From the NCBI GenBank assembly GCA_029262795.1, contig JAJCYT010000035.1:4202-68201 (forward strand): a DNA stretch of 64,000 bases, in the 5' to 3' direction. Source of the DNA: Candidatus Fraserbacteria bacterium (lineage in GTDB: Bacteria > Bipolaricaulota > Bipolaricaulia > RBG-16-55-9 > JAJCYT01). A program made the translations under genes and the position numbers. Below, piece by piece: positions 19,021-27,630 of the stretch. The notes under the pieces were generated by a model. It was not told the origin of the DNA, searched no databases, and saw nothing but the letters and a program-made list of their open reading frames with translations. The first letter of the stretch is position 1. Each line of letters starts with the position of its first letter.

Positions 19021-19914
19021 ATGAGATTTTTTGTACGTCGAGAAGAGGTTCAATTTCATAAAGTAAATGATGAAATTGTATTGCAAGATTTTCAAAATGA
19101 TAAGCTGTATCGCTTAAATCATACAGCGGCCTATGTTTGGCGTCATTGCGATGGGGAAACGCAAGTGGAACAAATGCTTGCCGGTTTAACCAGGGAGCTA
19201 GGGCAGGAAGTGGATGAAGATGTGGTTCATCTTGCTTTGAATCAATTCCAAGAAGCTGGCTTACTGAGCGAAAAATCAGCTTCTCCTTCCAATCTCAACC
19301 TCTCCAGGCGCAAATTGGTCAGAATGCTGAGTATGGGAGCTGCAGCTTTGTTATTGCCTGTGGTTCAGCAATTGGCATTTGAAGATGCTACTCCTGTTGC
19401 CTTTGCGGGTACACCTTGCCCAACGACTACGGTAACAACAACCAGTGCCCCAACAACAACGGGAACAACAACAACCAGTGCGCCAACAACAACTGGAGAA
19501 CCAACAACGACCTCTGCGCCAGTGACAACTTCGCCACCAGCACCCGAACAATTCCTGGATCAAGGGCCATCTTCGCCGCCAACCGGTTCATCTGATCCCT
19601 TCTTTATTCCTGCCAGCACCCCTGTGCCTTCGAGTGCAATGGGTTTAATTTTTAATCCAGGTGATCCTGAATCGATTCGCTTGGGTATACGTAATTTGAT
19701 TGCTTTTGTTGGTTTATCAGATTTTGAATTACGTCTGGTGGTGCAGTCAGGATTGACTCTCGGGCGTCAATTACAGCGACTATCAGCTATGTTGCTTACC
19801 CGTCCAGCGCTGTTGGTCGTGGTGGATGCATTGCAGCGTGCCTGGTTGGCTTTGGAACCGGACACACGAAACACATTGCCACCTATCGGATCTATGGAAC
19901 TGCCTCAAACATAA
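19021..19914 (+). CDS. PqqD/RRE-domain protein fused to twin-Arg-like leader, Thr/Ser/Pro repeat core and helical C-terminal tail (candidate RiPP-like precursor)
   Basis: PqqD signature LNHTAAYVWRHCDG...LNQFQEAGLL; SRRKLVRML-hydrophobic-AFA; TTTSAP x3; SD aaggag. Confidence 0.8.
   Translation: MRFFVRREEVQFHKVNDEIVLQDFQNDKLYRLNHTAAYVWRHCDGETQVEQMLAGLTRELGQEVDEDVVHLALNQFQEAGLLSEKSASPSNLNLSRRKLVRMLSMGAAALLLPVVQQLAFEDATPVAFAGTPCPTTTVTTTSAPTTTGTTTTSAPTTTGEPTTTSAPVTTSPPAPEQFLDQGPSSPPTGSSDPFFIPASTPVPSSAMGLIFNPGDPESIRLGIRNLIAFVGLSDFELRLVVQSGLTLGRQLQRLSAMLLTRPALLVVVDALQRAWLALEPDTRNTLPPIGSMELPQT
19420..19545 (+). repeat. Mucin-like coding repeat PTTTV-TTTSAPTTTG-TTTTSAPTTTGEP-TTTSAP
   Basis: acaacaaccagtgc(c/g)ccaacaacaac occurs twice, plus a degenerate third copy. 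Confidence 0.85.
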
Positions 19915-19952
19915 CAAGAGTCAACGGAAAAACTAGAATTAGTGGATAGATA

Positions 19953-19990
19953 AAAATAGGGACTGAATAATTTACTTCAGTCCCTATTTT
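19953..19990. terminator. Bidirectional Rho-independent terminator
   Basis: aaaatagggactgaa...ttcagtccctatttt between convergent genes. Confidence 0.8.
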
Positions 19991-20004
19991 AATTTTGACG
20001 TTTT

Positions 20005-21177
20005 TTAATCTATTCTGAGACTTTCAGCCATTACATCGCAATGATCAAACGTAAACACATCTACCCCGCCAAGCCGATTTTCCCACATCGGAATCGTTAG
20101 GTCTGCACACATTTGTGCAACCTCATCAAAATAACGGTCAAACAAACGCCAGGGATTGAGGAATCCAACTTCGGCAGCCACTTCCATGAAATCGACGGTT
20201 TGGAGGGCTTGGGCGGCATTGGCTTCGATATCCAAAATATATTCTCGCTGGGTGTAGACATCTTCTCGAGTGGCAAGCCTGTTGATATGTCCACTGACAA
20301 GATAATTGAAGTCGTAGGCTAAAATTTGTTCATGCGCGTTGATGAAGGCAGGAACTTGCTCAGCGACGGCCAGACCCTTAAAAGGCGACCAGCCGGGGAA
20401 CACCACATCAATGAGCAGCAAGGTTTTCTGCTTTGGTGCATAAATGAACAAATTACCCGCTTCATGGACTGGACCACGATAAGTCAGTTCCAAAACTTGG
20501 TTGCCAACTTCAAGGGTGTACTGACGTCTAAACGTTTCTGTTGGCAAAGGCACTGGACCGCCGCCCACAAACACACCCCAAGGAAAACGATTGTGTTCAC
20601 CCATGCCTTCCCTCAACTGCTGATACGTGACGGCGTGGGCAATATAGGTGGCATCTTCTGGAAACATGCTGGCTGCGGCGATGTGATCCGCATGAGAATG
20701 GCTGTAGATGACGTGTGTAATTGGCTCATCGGTGACTTCAGCCACAGCGGCCAAGTAACGTTCTCCTATGCTGGGTGGGGCATCGACGACGATAACGCCT
20801 TCGCCCGTGGTCATAAACAGGGTGGTGTAAGTGCCTTCGGTTAGCCAGTAGAGGCCATCACCAATTTCTTCAACGTGATAGCCTTTGGCCGGATCAATGG
20901 CAACACCCATTGCAGCGGCAGGCAGTGTTTCGATGGGATTAATGACAATGACTTCAGCAGAAATTTCGGCGATATCTTCGACCACTTCTTCAACCGTTTC
21001 TGCCACCTCATCGACACGTTCTTCTATTTGGTCGACAACGACATCTACCTGAGTTTCAACCACTTGGGAAATGACTACGTCTTTTACTTCAGGTTTTGCC
21101 GACTTGAATGGCATGAAGATCAGGGCACTCACGGCGGCAAATGCCAAGAATCCCAATACAATTAATAAATCTCTCAT
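20005..21177 (-). CDS. Membrane-anchored metallo-beta-lactamase-fold hydrolase
   Basis: SHSHADH, GPVH, IDVV, SGH; N-terminal TM. Confidence 0.85.
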   Translation of the reverse strand: MRDLLIVLGFLAFAAVSALIFMPFKSAKPEVKDVVISQVVETQVDVVVDQIEERVDEVAETVEEVVEDIAEISAEVIVINPIETLPAAAMGVAIDPAKGYHVEEIGDGLYWLTEGTYTTLFMTTGEGVIVVDAPPSIGERYLAAVAEVTDEPITHVIYSHSHADHIAAASMFPEDATYIAHAVTYQQLREGMGEHNRFPWGVFVGGGPVPLPTETFRRQYTLEVGNQVLELTYRGPVHEAGNLFIYAPKQKTLLLIDVVFPGWSPFKGLAVAEQVPAFINAHEQILAYDFNYLVSGHINRLATREDVYTQREYILDIEANAAQALQTVDFMEVAAEVGFLNPWRLFDRYFDEVAQMCADLTIPMWENRLGGVDVFTFDHCDVMAESLRID

Positions 21178-21271
21178 TACCTTTCCCCTCCTTAGCAAAT
21201 TTCAGTAGGGAAAGTATAAATCAACTATGATGCTGATGTAAATCAGGATTGATCTAGGATAATCAGCAAAA

Positions 21272-21736
21272 TCATTGGGTGGGCAGGTTGGCCTGCTGCC
21301 AAGCTTGAATCCCACCTTGGAGATGGTATACATTTTCAAAGCCCATGCCTTTGAGCAAAGCAACTGTCTGTGTAGATCGATTGCCGGAACGGCAGTAAAT
21401 GACATAGGATTTTGATTTATCCAGTTCGGTTAATTCAGTTGCAAAACTATCGTTGTAAAAATCTAGATTGACCAAAGGCAGGCCATTTGGATTGATGTGG
21501 GCGTCCGAAAACTCATCTGGTGTGCGTACATCCAATACGATCAGATCTGGATTGTCGCTTTGAACTTGTAGTAATTGTTGTATCTCTGTGGCGCTCATGT
21601 CTCCATAAGCAAAAGCTGCCGGTGCCGAATTGTTGTTGCTGAGATAATAGCCAACTGCCCCGACAGCCAAGCCGACCACAACCAAAGCGATGATGATGTT
21701 AAAGCGGTTGTTCTTATGTTTTTTTCGTTTTGTCAT
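21272..21736 (-). CDS. Membrane-anchored rhodanese-like protein
   Basis: LDVRTPDEF, YCRSGNRS, LQGGIQAW. Confidence 0.9.
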   Translation of the reverse strand: MTKRKKHKNNRFNIIIALVVVGLAVGAVGYYLSNNNSAPAAFAYGDMSATEIQQLLQVQSDNPDLIVLDVRTPDEFSDAHINPNGLPLVNLDFYNDSFATELTELDKSKSYVIYCRSGNRSTQTVALLKGMGFENVYHLQGGIQAWQQANLPTQ

Positions 21737-21825
21737 GGAGTCACCTCTGTTCAAATTAATCCCTATTGATGGCAGTTTATCCGAAGTTTTTGCGGCTGTC
21801 TAGGGATTGGGTTTATACTCCTTGG

Positions 21826-22590
21826 ATGGATGCTCTCACATATTTAAAACGAATCGGCATGAGCAAGATCGAAGCCCCCACGCTTTCATGGTTGTCTTGC
21901 ATGCAAACGTATCATGTCCTGAACGTTCCGTTTGAAACTTTGAGTATTCATCGAGAAAATGAAACGATCTCGCTGGACTCGGACGCTCTTTACGACAAAA
22001 TTGTGAACCGTCGCCGGGGTGGATTTTGTTATGAACTCAACGGCCTGTTTGCCGAATTATTAGAAGCGGTAGGCTATATAGTCACCCGTATTTCGGCGAA
22101 AGTTTTTAGTGGCGAAACCGAGGAATTTGGGCCAGAGTTTGACCATCTAACATTGCTGGTGCATCTTGATAAAAAATATTTGGTGGATGTTGGCTTTGGG
22201 GACGCAATTCGTTTGCCGCTGGCCATGCCCAATGGGGATGCTGAAGATGTGGAAGGGCGCTTTCGCATTGTTCGAAACTGGCATGGCATTGATGATTACA
22301 TGTACGAGAAAATGGAAAATGGCGTGTGGTGGCCGAAATATCGCTTCAGCACGATGCCGCGTGAGATGAGCGAGTTTCAGCCGATGTGTGATTTTCATCA
22401 ATTTTCCAAAGAATCCCACTTTGCCAAGCAGCCAATTTGTTCTCAGGGCACCGAAATGGGAAGAATTTCACTGATTCCGAGCCGATTTATCGTAACAGAA
22501 AATGGCGACAGCCAGCTTCATGAAGTCAGTGACAGCAACGATTTTGATCGTAAGTTGAAACAGCATTTCGACATTAACCGCAATGAATAA
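21826..22590 (+). CDS. Arylamine N-acetyltransferase (probably leaderless)
   Basis: PFETL, RRGGFCYELN, DHL, VDVGFG; TATACT 6 nt before ATG. Confidence 0.92.
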   Translation: MDALTYLKRIGMSKIEAPTLSWLSCMQTYHVLNVPFETLSIHRENETISLDSDALYDKIVNRRRGGFCYELNGLFAELLEAVGYIVTRISAKVFSGETEEFGPEFDHLTLLVHLDKKYLVDVGFGDAIRLPLAMPNGDAEDVEGRFRIVRNWHGIDDYMYEKMENGVWWPKYRFSTMPREMSEFQPMCDFHQFSKESHFAKQPICSQGTEMGRISLIPSRFIVTENGDSQLHEVSDSNDFDRKLKQHFDINRNE

Positions 22591-23026
22591 ACCTTTTGAC
22601 GTTAAAAACCCTGACTACGAACAGACAGTCCGCGACAGTTTTGCCAAACAAGGGTTGATGCAGCATTTGAGTGCCACTCTGACGGAAGTGTCGCCTGGGC
22701 AGATGACGATTTCTGTGCCGTATTCACCCAATTTCACACAACAGCACGGATTTTTCCATGCAGGCGTTGCCACCAGCATTGTGGATGTGGCCTGTGGTTA
22801 TGCCGCGTATTCTTTGATGCCACCTAGCAGTGAGGTGCTGACCATCGAATTTAAAGCCAATTTTGTTTCTCCTGCCATTGGTCAACAACTGATGGCCAAA
22901 GGGCGCGTCATAAAACCTGGCCGCACCATCACCGTGTGTCAGGGCGATGTTTACTGTGTCAACGATGGTGAGCAAAAGCTTTGTGCCACTATGCTTGCAT
23001 CCTTGATTTGTAAACGAACGGAGTAA
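22583..23026 (+). CDS. PaaI family hotdog thioesterase
   Basis: QQHGFFHAG, DVACG, TIEFKANF. Confidence 0.9.
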   Translation: MNKPFDVKNPDYEQTVRDSFAKQGLMQHLSATLTEVSPGQMTISVPYSPNFTQQHGFFHAGVATSIVDVACGYAAYSLMPPSSEVLTIEFKANFVSPAIGQQLMAKGRVIKPGRTITVCQGDVYCVNDGEQKLCATMLASLICKRTE

Positions 23027-23029
23027 AAT

Positions 23030-23398
23030 GTGTCTACCAATAAATTCAATTTGCCAAAATGGTTGTTGCATCTGGAAGGTGGTGCTGTAGCGTTACTATC
23101 CATCTGGTTTTATTCCATTCACAGTGGAGATTGGTTATTGTTTTTTATTCTCATTCTGTCCCCTGACCTTACATTTATTGCTTATGCAGGTGGAAAAACG
23201 ATAGGCGCATTTTTCTATAACCTACTTCATTCCTATGTTGGCCCAGCAATTTTACTGGCAATCTATTGGCTTACGAATGATCCTTTACTGCTATCTCTCG
23301 CCCTCATCTGGACGGCTCACATTGGCCTGGATCGCACCATTGGCTATGGTCTCAAATATCCCACTGATTTCAAAGACACCCACTTAAATAGGGTTTGA
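23030..23398 (+). CDS. DUF4260 family membrane protein
   Basis: LEG, PDL, YNLLH, HIGLDRTIGYGLKYP, THL. Confidence 0.85.
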   Translation: MSTNKFNLPKWLLHLEGGAVALLSIWFYSIHSGDWLLFFILILSPDLTFIAYAGGKTIGAFFYNLLHSYVGPAILLAIYWLTNDPLLLSLALIWTAHIGLDRTIGYGLKYPTDFKDTHLNRV

Positions 23399-23478
23399 AG
23401 TTTCTGAGCTGTCTTTTGACTTCTCTTTTTCCAAACATCTATAATGATTATCTATACTCGCAAAGGGAGAGGTAAAGG

Positions 23479-24099
23479 ATGAAAAGAGTCAGTGTAATTG
23501 TAGCACGTGTCGGTTTGTTGGTGTTGGCGTTGTTTGTGTCTGCGTTTGCCGTTCAAATGGAAAGGGATTCACAGCCAGTATTTACGTTTCCGATGATGGA
23601 TGAAGATGGCATGGAAGTGAAACCTTCAATGATGGTAGAAGGCGCAGCAGCCAGCCTTACGCGTACCAGTGGTGGTATTTCGGCTTCTGTTCGGGCGCAT
23701 GATTTACCTCCAGGCCATGCAATGACGTTGTGGTTGGTGACGTTTAACCATCCTGAAAACTGTTCCGATGGTGTTTGTAATGCTGACGATGTCATGCCCC
23801 CTCCTGGGAATCTGGATGTGGGCGTAGGCGTACACTACCTGGATGGAAAAATTGCCAACGAAGTTGGCGCTGCTTTATTCTTCGGCACAATGACCCCAAA
23901 CAACACCGATTACGCCGTATTTGGCCTGGGTTTTGAAGACCCATTCCATACTGAGTTCCATTACGTGCTGCGTACTCACGGTCCTGCCAGCGACCATCAC
24001 GATATTTTGGCCGCCCAGTTGGGCAGCTTTAATGGTGGCTGTGACCAAGATGCACCCCATGCCCCATGCGAAGACATTCAGTTTGCCGTGTTTAAATAA
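23479..24099 (+). CDS. Secreted hypothetical protein
   Basis: Signal peptide; FNHPENC and RTHGP motifs; Cys pairs. Confidence 0.7.
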   Translation: MKRVSVIVARVGLLVLALFVSAFAVQMERDSQPVFTFPMMDEDGMEVKPSMMVEGAAASLTRTSGGISASVRAHDLPPGHAMTLWLVTFNHPENCSDGVCNADDVMPPPGNLDVGVGVHYLDGKIANEVGAALFFGTMTPNNTDYAVFGLGFEDPFHTEFHYVLRTHGPASDHHDILAAQLGSFNGGCDQDAPHAPCEDIQFAVFK

Positions 24100-24126
24100 T
24101 TCAACATTTTTCTAAAACGTTTTTTG

Positions 24127-24167
24127 AAAGCCAGAGGTATGGAATTTTATTCATACCTCTGGCTTTT
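24127..24167 (+). terminator. Rho-independent terminator
   Basis: aaagccagaggtatg...catacctctggcttt. Confidence 0.8.
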
Positions 24168-24214
24168 CTAATTTGGATCACATCCGTTAAACTACCTCCA
24201 TTCAAGGAGGATGC

Positions 24215-25045
24215 ATGACTTCAGAACGACATTCGTTTCAACTGGGTGCCTTTCAATGCAAAGTGCTGAGTGATCGCACATATCAAGGGCCAATGGATTT
24301 TGCGAAAATGTTTCCTGTTGCACCGCCAGATCAGCTTGAATCGGCATTGGATCAATATGGGATTGATCCTGAAAACATCACGCTTTCATTTAATTGTTTT
24401 TATATTGACACAGGCCAATCTCGAATTCTCATCGACACAGGTGTGGGCCGAGAACACGAAGGGCATTTTCAGAATCATCTCGAAGCCGAAGGCATCACGC
24501 CGGACAGTATTGACCACATCATTTTCACCCATGGCCATGCAGATCACATCGGTGGCATCACGGATGCAGAGGCCAATCTGGTGTTCCCAAACACCAAATA
24601 TTGGATGTCAAAACCTGAATGGGATTATTGGCAGGATGAAGCCAACATGGAGCATGAACCACCACACGCAATTGCAGGTGCGAAGAAAAACCTTCCTTTG
24701 ATCGCCGATCAAATCAACCTCATCGAGGTGGAGGGCGAATTGCTCCCTGGGATTTCAGTGTTCAACATTCCTGGACACACCATCGGCATGATGGGGTTGT
24801 TGATTCAATCTGAAGGTCAAAAACTCATCGTGGCGGCAGACAGCTTCCACCGTCCCTTCCAAATTGAACACATAGATTGGAACGCTCAATCAGATCGCGT
24901 TCCTGAAAAAGCACCAGACTCTCGACAAAAATTGCTTCAAAAGGCAGTAAACGAAGATGCACTGGTATTGGTTTACCATTTTCCACACCCAGGTCTGGGT
25001 CGAGTTCAGGCGCAAAATTCGACCTGGAAATGGGAGTTGCTTTAG
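24215..25045 (+). CDS. MBL-fold metallo-hydrolase (YtnP/AHL-lactonase-like)
   Basis: LIDTG, THGHADHIGG, PGHT, YHFP. Confidence 0.88.
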   Translation: MTSERHSFQLGAFQCKVLSDRTYQGPMDFAKMFPVAPPDQLESALDQYGIDPENITLSFNCFYIDTGQSRILIDTGVGREHEGHFQNHLEAEGITPDSIDHIIFTHGHADHIGGITDAEANLVFPNTKYWMSKPEWDYWQDEANMEHEPPHAIAGAKKNLPLIADQINLIEVEGELLPGISVFNIPGHTIGMMGLLIQSEGQKLIVAADSFHRPFQIEHIDWNAQSDRVPEKAPDSRQKLLQKAVNEDALVLVYHFPHPGLGRVQAQNSTWKWELL

Positions 25046-25058
25046 AGAAAGGGATGTT

Positions 25059-25506
25059 ATGAAATCGTTTTGGCTGTGCGTGGGCATCATTTTTTTTACT
25101 CGGTACCACTGGGCTGGCTCAAGAAGAATTTACAAAAAAGGTATGGGATTTCTATTGGCTCGAAGTATTGGGTGGGGCTGCTGGCGCTGCCGTTGGTAAT
25201 GTGCTGGGCGGATTGGCTGCATCTGCCGGTGCTTGTGATGGGGATGGCGTGACTTGTGGCATCTTGATTGGCCCACCTATTGGGGCTGTTATGGGGGTAT
25301 GGGCTGTGGGGGCCCTCAATGGGGTCAATGGCAACTTATGGCTGGCACCCATCGGTGGATTGCTTGGTGCTGCAACTGGAATCTGGGGAGATCTCATTTG
25401 GCAGCTTTCGATCCAATCCGACAGCCCACTTTGGTTTACTTACACCTTTTCAGGTCTGGGAGCCGCTTTAGGTTTTAGCTTGGGTGCGAGCATGAAGGTG
25501 GAGTAA
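25059..25506 (+). pseudogene. Gly-zipper membrane protein with +1 frameshift in T8 tract (25090-25097)
   Basis: Removing one T gives MKSFWLCVGIIFLLGTTGLAQEEFTKKVWDFYWLEVLGGAAG..., continuous with ORF 25168-25506. Confidence 0.75.
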
Positions 25507-25602
25507 AACTAGAAAACAGTTGATCATCGGGGACAAACGTCTTTCACATTATATTGGTTCGTTGGTAAAATTCAGGTGGAGCGGTGTGGGAGGGACACCT
25601 GA

Positions 25603-26628
25603 ATGTTGCACAATACATCACGATGGGGGCTTTTCTTTCTACTCGTTCTATTTGTCGTAATCCAATTACCAATAACTTATGCACAACCCCCTGGCGTCAC
25701 GCCTCGAGTCGTGATTGTTGAGCCAGATGTGATAATTGATTTTGAATCTGATGGCTTTGAGATCGCGCCTCAAGACAATCAACGGATGATTGTTCCTTTT
25801 ACCGCAAACAACACCTTTATCAATTTCGGCTTCGATCTGAATGACGATCTGATAATTGACACACCCGCCTTGTTCGAACGCTACGGCGAAGATGGCACGG
25901 ACAGCTTTATTGTGTCGCGTTGTGGTGATCAGGACATAGAAGCCGCCTGGGATGTCGATTGTACGCCAGATGGCCAGGGTGGAGATTTCTTCCTGCGCAA
26001 CCCGGAGAGCGTGAGCTTACTAAGCGGCCATGACTTGATTATCGAATATACAGGCGCCTTGCCCAACAGCCTTTCGGGTCAATTGTGGGACGTGGATTTT
26101 CGTGGGGAAGATTTGTCCGATGCTTATTTGATTGAAGCATTTGATACTCAAGGCGTGCTTTTGCGCGAAGTGGCCATTTCAAAATTTGATTTGCCCTCCA
26201 GTTTGGATGGACTGCCTTTTACTTTCAGTTTGGTGACCACCAACCCCATCCGGCGTGTGCGTATTTCTAGTAACAATGTGGGTGCATTGGGTTTTGACAA
26301 CTTTACACCGGTACGGAACCTGGGTCGATTTAACCAAATCAGCCATATTTATCTGGTGCCATTGGGATGTGAGCGCCAAGGCAGCGTCCGTTCCGGGAAC
26401 AGCGATACCCAGTCGGCCATTACAATTAACAATCAGACTGACGAGCCTGTAAAAATGATCCCCATTGACAGCAACGGTTTCCGTGATCTCCCCATTGTGC
26501 TGGAACCAGGTCGAGCCAGGATTAGACCCGGGTTTGAAACGGATGTTTGGATCGTAACGTCAATGGACAATCGTTGTCTGGCATTGGTTGAGCTCACTAA
26601 AATTTCTGGCTTTTTGTATATCCTTTAA
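25603..26628 (+). CDS. Secreted protein with C-terminal VHL-beta-like domain
   Basis: Signal peptide; ITINNQTDEPVKMIPIDSNG...LEPG...VWIVT...CL pattern. Confidence 0.6.
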   Translation: MLHNTSRWGLFFLLVLFVVIQLPITYAQPPGVTPRVVIVEPDVIIDFESDGFEIAPQDNQRMIVPFTANNTFINFGFDLNDDLIIDTPALFERYGEDGTDSFIVSRCGDQDIEAAWDVDCTPDGQGGDFFLRNPESVSLLSGHDLIIEYTGALPNSLSGQLWDVDFRGEDLSDAYLIEAFDTQGVLLREVAISKFDLPSSLDGLPFTFSLVTTNPIRRVRISSNNVGALGFDNFTPVRNLGRFNQISHIYLVPLGCERQGSVRSGNSDTQSAITINNQTDEPVKMIPIDSNGFRDLPIVLEPGRARIRPGFETDVWIVTSMDNRCLALVELTKISGFLYIL

Positions 26629-26733
26629 AATGGCACGGGCAGCGATGTTGGTCATGGTGACTGCTCCCAAGTCCAATTAAAAAAATTTGGCGAAAAGATT
26701 TTATTGAATTATAGTGGTGTAAAGGAAGGCAAA

Positions 26734-27263
26734 ATGAACAACTCTATCTTCAAAAAAATCAATGGTTGGTCTTTGCCAGTCAAACTGTTGAGTGGTTTTA
26801 TTGTATTATTTCTGTTGTCAGCTGCCAGCTCTTTAATTGCCGATCAAATCACACAAATAAACTATCAAGGCGTGGCTTATACTATTGCCAAAGTTGAAGA
26901 CGATACCCGTAGGGCCGTGCAAAATTCTTCTGCCCAGGGTGATTTCACCACCGAGCAAATTCAAACCATCACAGGTTATAAGTTGATGGTCTACCACGTG
27001 GTCGTGGATGACATCAGCAAAGCCCAAATTGAACCTACCATAGATAAGTGGCTACCATGACCAAAGAGGATTCCACTATCGATGAAATGGTCATCCACAT
27101 TTACAGTAATGCTTCGCTTGTGGAACAAGATCAATCCTGGGATATTGCCAGAGCTATTTGGGGTCCTAACGGGCAATGGGATAAAGTCACAGCAAACATT
27201 GCCGAAAGTGATGAGCGAGCAACGTATAAAACGTCGATCAAATTCAGCAGTCGTGTTGAATGA
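26734..27263 (+). pseudogene. Membrane-anchored hypothetical protein apparently split by a frameshift near 27047
   Basis: ORF1 ends ...EPTIDKWLP*; overlapping frame continues VATMTKEDSTIDEMVIHIY...; second part lacks an SD. Confidence 0.5.
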
Positions 27264-27288
27264 ATTGGCGACCAAAAGATTAAAATAA

Positions 27289-27501
27289 ATGAACGACCAA
27301 CATCGAAAGCATTTATCCAATCTCAAATGCCCGGTTTGCGGAGAGCAAGATTATATTTGGGGAATACTCAGCGATGTGGGGCCATTTCTGCCCAAGAATC
27401 GAGGGTTTGGAGAAACGCTGAAAAGAACATCTTCAGGAAAATACAACCCTGAAGTAAGGCGTTGCCTCAATTGTGGCAATATACAAATCTTCAGCCCTTA
27501 A
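27289..27501 (+). CDS. Small zinc-ribbon protein
   Basis: CPVCG ... CLNCGNIQIF. Confidence 0.7.
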   Translation: MNDQHRKHLSNLKCPVCGEQDYIWGILSDVGPFLPKNRGFGETLKRTSSGKYNPEVRRCLNCGNIQIFSP

Positions 27502-27630
27502 ACGCTTCGTTAATATTCGATGCTCAAATCTTCATTTTTCGTTTCCTTCTGAATTTTAATATTTAACGTATTCTTGAGGCTTGTTTCTTAAGGTAAACTT
27601 CAATTTACAATTTATTAAAGGAGGATTTTC

